Below, piece after piece: positions 8,966 to 14,823 of a stretch of DNA of 14,823 bases. The stretch covers positions 1 through 14,823 of the forward strand of contig JBJCIZ010000802.1 of the NCBI GenBank assembly GCA_051294375.1, written 5' to 3'. Numbering within the stretch: position 1 is the stretch's first letter; the number at the start of each line of letters is the position of its first letter. The notes under the pieces are model-generated. The model saw nothing but the letters and a program-made list of their open reading frames with translations. It ran no database searches and had not been told where the DNA came from. The translations under genes were made by a program, and so were the position numbers. The stretch is from Paraspadella gotoi. Taxonomy: Eukaryota > Animalia > Chaetognatha.

Positions 8966-9578
8966 GTTAGCTTATTACCACTTAATTATCGATTGACCTG
9001 GAATTTTGTATGTGAGTAGAAAAGTGTGTGATTGAACAGGAAACCAAGTTTCGATGGTATCTTTTGAGTGGAAATGAGTTTAAATGGAAAAAACAAAAAC
9101 CCGTTTCACTAATTGATTATGATTCTTTTTCCTTTTATATTAAATGTATATGCAGGATCTATTAATAAATCAAATAATTAATCAGTTAATTAATCAATTA
9201 GTCAATTAATTAATCAATAATTAATTAATCAGTCAATCAATCTGTCGATCAGTCCACCTTAGCAAAAAGCTCCAATAAACTCGTGATTGGCTGGTTGGAT
9301 TGAATGACATTTTGTGTGTGGGTAGGAAAGTGTGTGGATAAGCTGGATATACAGTTTATGATGGAATCGTGTGAGTGGAAATGAGTTTAAGTGGAAAAAA
9401 AAAGTCGCATTTACTAAATATTTTTCTTATTTTAACCAAATAAGTACTCCTAATTAATCATAATTGGATCGATAGATGAGTTCAATTTTTTTGTGTGGGT
9501 AAGAAAAATGTGTAATCGATGCTTGATATAAAGTTTTCAATGGAAACGTACAAGTAGAAATGAGTTTAAATGAAAAAG

Positions 9579-10068
9579 ATCTTAAAAGCAATAAGGATCC
9601 AAGTCCATGATGATAGCATTCATTGATAGCGATGATAGTCATTCAATTCATCGTAAATAAAACAAACAAATTGCGTTGTACTGAGTATAAAGGAGAGACA
9701 GAGAAGGATCGATGAGACGAGAGGCCTGGACAGTTTTTCCCGCCAACGAACGCAATCATGAATTTTTTAGGGAAAAATCTTAAAAGCAATAAGGGATCGA
9801 GCCGCTTTCGATGGTAAACCAAATATTAATGGCCGTGATAACTAAATATTTTGCGGATGATACCAACATTAATTAATGCGGATGATAATAAAATAACTGA
9901 TGTGATGATAATCAAATGATTGATGCGATGATAGTCATTCATTTGATTTGAGATTAAATCATTGCATGATATGATGATTAATCATTTCAATTGTGCGGAT
10001 GAATCATTCATTGCGATGACGTCGATGATCATGTCCGTAAATAAACAAACAAATGCGTGGTATGAATG

Positions 10069-10109
<41 letters not shown>

Positions 10110-12660
10110 GATGAGAGGAGAGTGGCTGGTCATTTTTCACTCTTCGTTTATATATAAAGAATAATCAAAAATTTTCGCTATTGAGAAAAAAGCCAGAATA
10201 AAGTGGCGAACTAAATAGAAAGAAAAAAAGAGAGAGAGAGAGAGAGACGAGAGAGAGAGGACAAGATAGAGGAGAGAAGCTGACCGCCCTGCAGAGCTGA
10301 ACTCGTTTTTCGACGTATCTTGAGATACGGGAACGAACTCTTTCTTCCTATCTAATATTTTTTTATTATCAAAAAAAAATTTATGCCTCATCTTAAAACA
10401 GTTTAATCTTGAATAGAAATTATTAGATTGTTCTTTTTTTTTTAAAAGAAAGAAACCAGAACGCGAGGTCAGAATTTCATATTTGCAATTTTAATAATTT
10501 CATTAAAATATTTATACCCAAACATCGAAATAATTTATTTTTTAAAAAAGAATAAAAATGATTAAATATATACACTAAAAAAAGAAATTTACCAATTTTA
10601 AAATTTAAAAAATTGTTAGAATAACCAAAAAATAATGTTAATTTGGACAATATCTCTCTTCCAACTCCTAGTTTAGATATAATTTTGCCATAGTGGGCCG
10701 ACCGGTCCAAGTTTACCAGTAATAAAACAAAACGAAAAAATTTTTTTGTTCTGTTAGAAAGTTATATATGCCATTAAATTAATCCCGCATTGCGCGAGGA
10801 TATAGCAGGCTATATGTAGCAAGCAGCAAGGCTGATGTAACATGTGACATTGCCTGCATTTTTTTCTAAAAATGAATCCATGAAAATCTCGGGTTAAAAT
10901 TTGGTATTTTGTATAGAGAAAGTAAAATGAGCGAGATAAATAAAAGTTTTTAGAAGGAAAAAAAATAAGAGAATTTTTTTCAAAAAACGAACGAGTCGTA
11001 CATTGAGAGAGAGACAGAGATGAGAGAGAAGAGAGAACAGAGAGAGAGAGAAAATAGCTGAACAGAGCCGGAACTCGTTTACTCGTTCGCCTGGCTTGAA
11101 AAAAAAAGTGACTAAAAAGCTTTTTTTTTTGAAAAAAAAAGAGAGAGAGAGAGATAGAGAGAGCCGGAACTCGTTTAATGACGAGGTAAAAAAGGTGACC
11201 TAAAAATTATTTTTGCTACTAAAAAAAAAGAGATAGAAAGAGGAAAGAGGAGAGAGAGACAGATAGAGGAAGAAAGATAGAGAGAGAGAGAGAGAGCCGG
11301 AACTCGTTACTCGTTTTACAAGTGAATAAAATTTTTTTTGTAAAAAAAAAAAAAAAGAGAGGATGAGAGATGAGACGAGAGAGAGCGAGAGAGAGAGAAA
11401 GTTTTCCCGCCAACGATACGCAATATTTAGGTCATCAACCAATAATCTTGTTATATCGGCTGTTGATCTAGTCGGTCAAGTTGATTTTTTTATACACGTA
11501 ACGTTTCCGTTGCCATTCAAAACGGCGTTATTAGGTCATTGTCCCGACAGTACTCGTGCCCCGCCAACGGCACGAAATCATCAAGATATATCATCTATTT
11601 TCTCAAAAAAATCCACGAAAATCTCAGATGTAAATTTGGTGTTGTATGAGAAAGAAGCGCGCGAATAAAATGGCGATAATAAAAGTTTTTAGAAGGAAAG
11701 AAATAATAAGAATTTTTCAAAAAACGGTGGTAAAACAAAGTGAATAATTTTTTTTGTAAAAAAAAAGAGGAGAGAGAGAGAGGAGAGAGAGAGAGACGGA
11801 GGAAGACGGGAGGGGAGAGAGAGATAGCCTAACTCGTTTTTTTAAACGATTCAGAAAAGGCCGCGGCCTGATTCAAAATATATATGTTTTTAGAAAGAAA
11901 AAAATAATCAGAATTTTTCAAAAAACGAACGGATCACGGCAAGAGATCGCCACACAAAAGAGAGACAGAGGAAAACTGAACTCGTTTTAAACGTGTTTTT
12001 CAGAAAAGGCATGCGCCTAAAAAAAATTATATGAATTAAAAATAAATAAAAGAAAGGCAAAAAATGTTACAATGCAGTTTACAATTGAAACTTTTCCAAT
12101 TTTTTCCAATCGCCTAGCTTGTAAAAGATTTTATTTATTTGTATTAAATTGAAGGATATAGCTTCTCATTAAAAAAAATCCTTTGAGTTCCCATTTTATT
12201 AGAAATTTAAAAAAAAATTTTTTGAATTTCATCTTCAATATTATATACTGCAATATTGTAATTTAGCTTAAAGCATTTCTATATACTAATGTTGGATATT
12301 TATAATCAGTACTTATAATCTTCATTTGCATAGACAGTAAATCATAATGAAGTTGTACCAATTCAAACAAAAAATACTTAAATCCAAAATGTTAATAAGA
12401 AAAATATCAAAGCTATCAATTTGGAGACCCCATTATCTTAATTTAATACTAAATCCTCACACTAAACTAGAAAATCTATAAATTAAGATAATAAAAAAAT
12501 AATCGGAAGTCTACAGCCAAACTGATAAAAGCGTAGTATAAAAAATAAACAGCGTTGACGGCCGCCGACGACGACGACGTCGACGACGACGGACCGACTA
12601 CGTCACAAAGAAGCTCACTCTGAATCAATATCAGCCTGAACCGGCTTCGCCGTCATGCAT
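9579..12660 (-). mobile_element. HINE family H2, copy 2 (~3.1 kb), nested in H1 copy 2
   Basis: Colinear with 2744-5556 from TCTTAAAAGCA(A)TAAGGATC to AACCGGCTTCGCCG(G)TCATG. The left flank corresponds to H1 position ~2105 and the right flank (12690-12800) to H1 ~2123-2236. Confidence 0.8.
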
Positions 12661-12880
12661 AAAAAAAACACAACGAATCTTATCAACATTAATAGATGAG
12701 ATGAAATTTGTAGCGGGTAGGAAAGTGTGAAGAAGTAGACTATAAATATCTAATTGTGCAGTGGAATATAGAAGGAAAAAACATAAGTCACATTTACTGA
12801 AATCTTTATTATTTATGATATCAATTTATGATTACTAATAAATGTAATAATTAATAATTATATAAATATATATCATAAAA
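12661..12880 (+). mobile_element. Continuation of H1 copy 2 after the H2 insertion
   Basis: AATAGATGAGATGAAATTTGTAGCGGGTAGGAAAGTGTGAAGAAG...CATAAGTCACATTTACT matches 2123-2236. Confidence 0.7.
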
Positions 12881-12924
12881 AAATTATGTAACTTGAAAAA
12901 ATGATGCTCACATATAAAAAACAA

Positions 12925-13150
12925 TAAAAACTAAAGCATAAGGATCGTCGCAACTCCTATATATAGAGAGAGAGAGAGAGAGCAGAAAAATGTGATCTAT
13001 AAAGAGTCGTCTCCAATGCAAAGAACAGTAAATAAGAGAATCGAGAAAGACGGAGGGTGTAGCGAGTAAAATGATCTAGAAAAATGAGCAGAAGGATCGT
13101 CGCAATTGCGAAGAGAGAGAGAGAGAGAGAGAGAGAAGAGAGAGAGAGTG
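12925..13150 (-). mobile_element. Two H2-like 3' termini with a different subTIR (ATCGTCGCAA), each followed by (GA)n
   Basis: AAAGCATAAGGATCGTCGCAA (~12933-12953) and AGCAGAAGGATCGTCGCAA (~13087-13105) resemble the H2 end AAAGCATAAGGATCAAGCC. Confidence 0.45.
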
Positions 13151-13409
13151 TCCGAGATAAAATTAGCGAATAAAAAGTTTTATTTTTTACTCACTGAATA
13201 AAAATACTTAAAATACTTACAAAATACCATAAAATTAATAAAATTATTCGGATAACATTGTTAATCAATCAATAATATCTAGTAATGGAGCCAAATTTAA
13301 CCTTTTTATAATCTCCTCTCATAAAAATTTTCAATGTAACTTTTTGAATTAGTTCATTGGCGTTGTTGCACTGAAGCTTTTAAATATTTATTAATTGTTA
13401 ATTAAAATT

Positions 13410-13480
13410 TATAAAGTTTGACGGAATTGTGCCAGTGGAAATTGAGTTTTTAGATGGAAAAAAACATAAGTCATCTAACT
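13410..13480 (+). repeat. Partial H1 central repeat unit
   Basis: TTTGACGGAATTGTGCCAGTGGAAAT is identical to 2175-2200 and is followed by GGAAAAAAACATAAGTCA. Confidence 0.8.
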
Positions 13481-14823
13481 AATCGTAATAATATATAATA
13501 GTCTTGGTGAAATACACCCACAAAACGTTCTTCGCAGCCGCTCAGTGTCTAATAAACCATCCCAATCGTATCCGCCTGAACGGTTGTCATGTAGAATGTA
13601 ACTGGCAATATAAGGTCGTTACCCTCACCCCTCCTCATCCCCGTTCCCTCCTCCTCCACCCCTCTCCTCACTCCGTGAGCACCCTCTGCGCGGGACAAGG
13701 ATTCACTCTCATCAAGTCAACAAGTCGGTGGCACCAGAAACTCCCTCCCTCTCCTCTTATTTTGTACATAATCCGTTACTATACTTTAACATTAGACTCC
13801 ATATCTTACTTACCTCTTCTACCTTGATGAGATAGTAGTACCTTACTTTAGCTATATACCCATCTTCCAGGACGCCCAATCAGCGCCTCTCCCTCAGGTT
13901 AACTTCCCTAGTATTAAGTTTCCCAGCTCTATGCCGACTAAACTGGCTAACCGGCAAACCCTCCCAACTATCCCTAATTTTTTCTCCATCTTTCTAATTA
14001 ATCATCATAATTCTTCTCCATCGCAATAAAAAAAATAAACAACAACTTTTAATTTATCTCAAACACTATATAATAATTATCTCCGCACGTGCGCAAAACG
14101 TGAAAAATAAAGATTTTCTTCAATTCAACGCTCAATATATAAGACGAAAAATCAAATAACTTCCATATGTCCCATCTCAAAAATCACACAGTAAGATCAC
14201 TAAACCCGCCCGTTTTCCTTATCATATCACATAATATGTACATGTAACATAAAATAAAATCTCTAATCTCCTATCAATATATCCGGGACTATAATGTAAT
14301 CTGAGCAAATAAATCTCTACATAAATTTTTCCGTGGCGTATATTCACATTCCGCTCACCTTAGTATTTTTCCTTACTACTTTACTTTCTCCCTTTACTCA
14401 AATCAATTTTGATAGTTTTCGATACTTATTCTGCTTCACGGTAAATTTAACTCTACACGCCTCACTTCCTATCCCTATCTCTCTCCTTTAATTTTAATCT
14501 GTACTATCACTAATCACAATCTCTTATTTCATACATGAATTAATTTTCTCTATATCTTAAAAAATCTACACCATCTATTATTCACATTCAACTCTAATTA
14601 ATCTCATACACTTACTATTTTCACTCACCATCGACTTTCGATTCCTAATCAACTACTATTACTATACTATATCATGCTATCTATTTCATTTTTATATAAT
14701 TTATATTTGATCAACTCTTGGTGCGGATGTGTGTATGGCTAGCGATCTATATATATAGCGTCACGCAGTGCCGGACTGTCATTCAGGCGTAGGAACGCGA
14801 TGCGATTTTATCCCTCTCTTTTT

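Larger units (their letters stand above)
7849..9578 (+). mobile_element. HINE/DINE-1-like element family H1, copy 2, 5' part
   Basis: Starts TTTTTA-GTCGGATCTGC (subTIR 7855-7865) overlapping the perfect hairpin GGATCTGCT-TTC-AGCAGATCC (7858-7878), then a (GTCC)n microsatellite ~7977-8012 and central tandem units (~8025, 8185, 8345, 8985, 9280, 9455). This is the established DINE-1/HINE layout. Confidence 0.8.

Noticed and set aside
1688-12660. Single segmental duplication or haplotig explaining all similarity
   Set aside because: The order differs: H2 follows a finished H1 in the first region but splits H1 in the second, and the similarity ends at element termini. A mis-assembly contribution cannot be fully excluded.
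7649-13827. Remaining short ORFs (7649-8682, 9454, 10137-11668, 13504)
   Set aside because: Repeat-derived (RPSV, INQS, SLSL) or in noisy sequence; no recognisable domains.
14740-14823. Possible matching end (AGCGTCACG...CGCGATGCGAT) for the ATCGTCGCAA subTIR element
   Set aside because: The match is too degenerate in low-quality sequence to support.

Overview
AT-rich eukaryotic (probably invertebrate animal) genomic DNA with two N-gaps (2775-2818, 6983-6992). It is almost entirely a nest of DNA transposons around one real coding exon. I found no prokaryotic-type system, RNA gene or CRISPR array. Main parts: (1) two related, whole-length palindromic hAT-type MITEs in tandem (<1-626 and 635-1687), separated and followed by the same 8-bp target duplication ATATGCAG, with a paralogous empty site at 9148-9155; (2) a frameshifted C-terminal fragment of a divergent hAT-like transposase (6993-7620) whose downstream sequence matches the MITE terminus, so it is a probable autonomous partner; (3) at least two families of non-autonomous Helentron-associated (HINE/DINE-1-like) elements, H1 (+) and H2 (-), each in two copies and carrying micro- and minisatellite arrays; (4) a ~197-codon cysteine-rich CxxCxxG-repeat exon (5999-6593) that the ORF track misses. 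Nearly all ORFs in the track are repeat-derived. Sequence after ~7 kb looks like low-accuracy long-read sequence (dense 1-bp indels), and 13.5-14.8 kb is largely uninterpretable. All comparisons were made by eye; no database searches were run.
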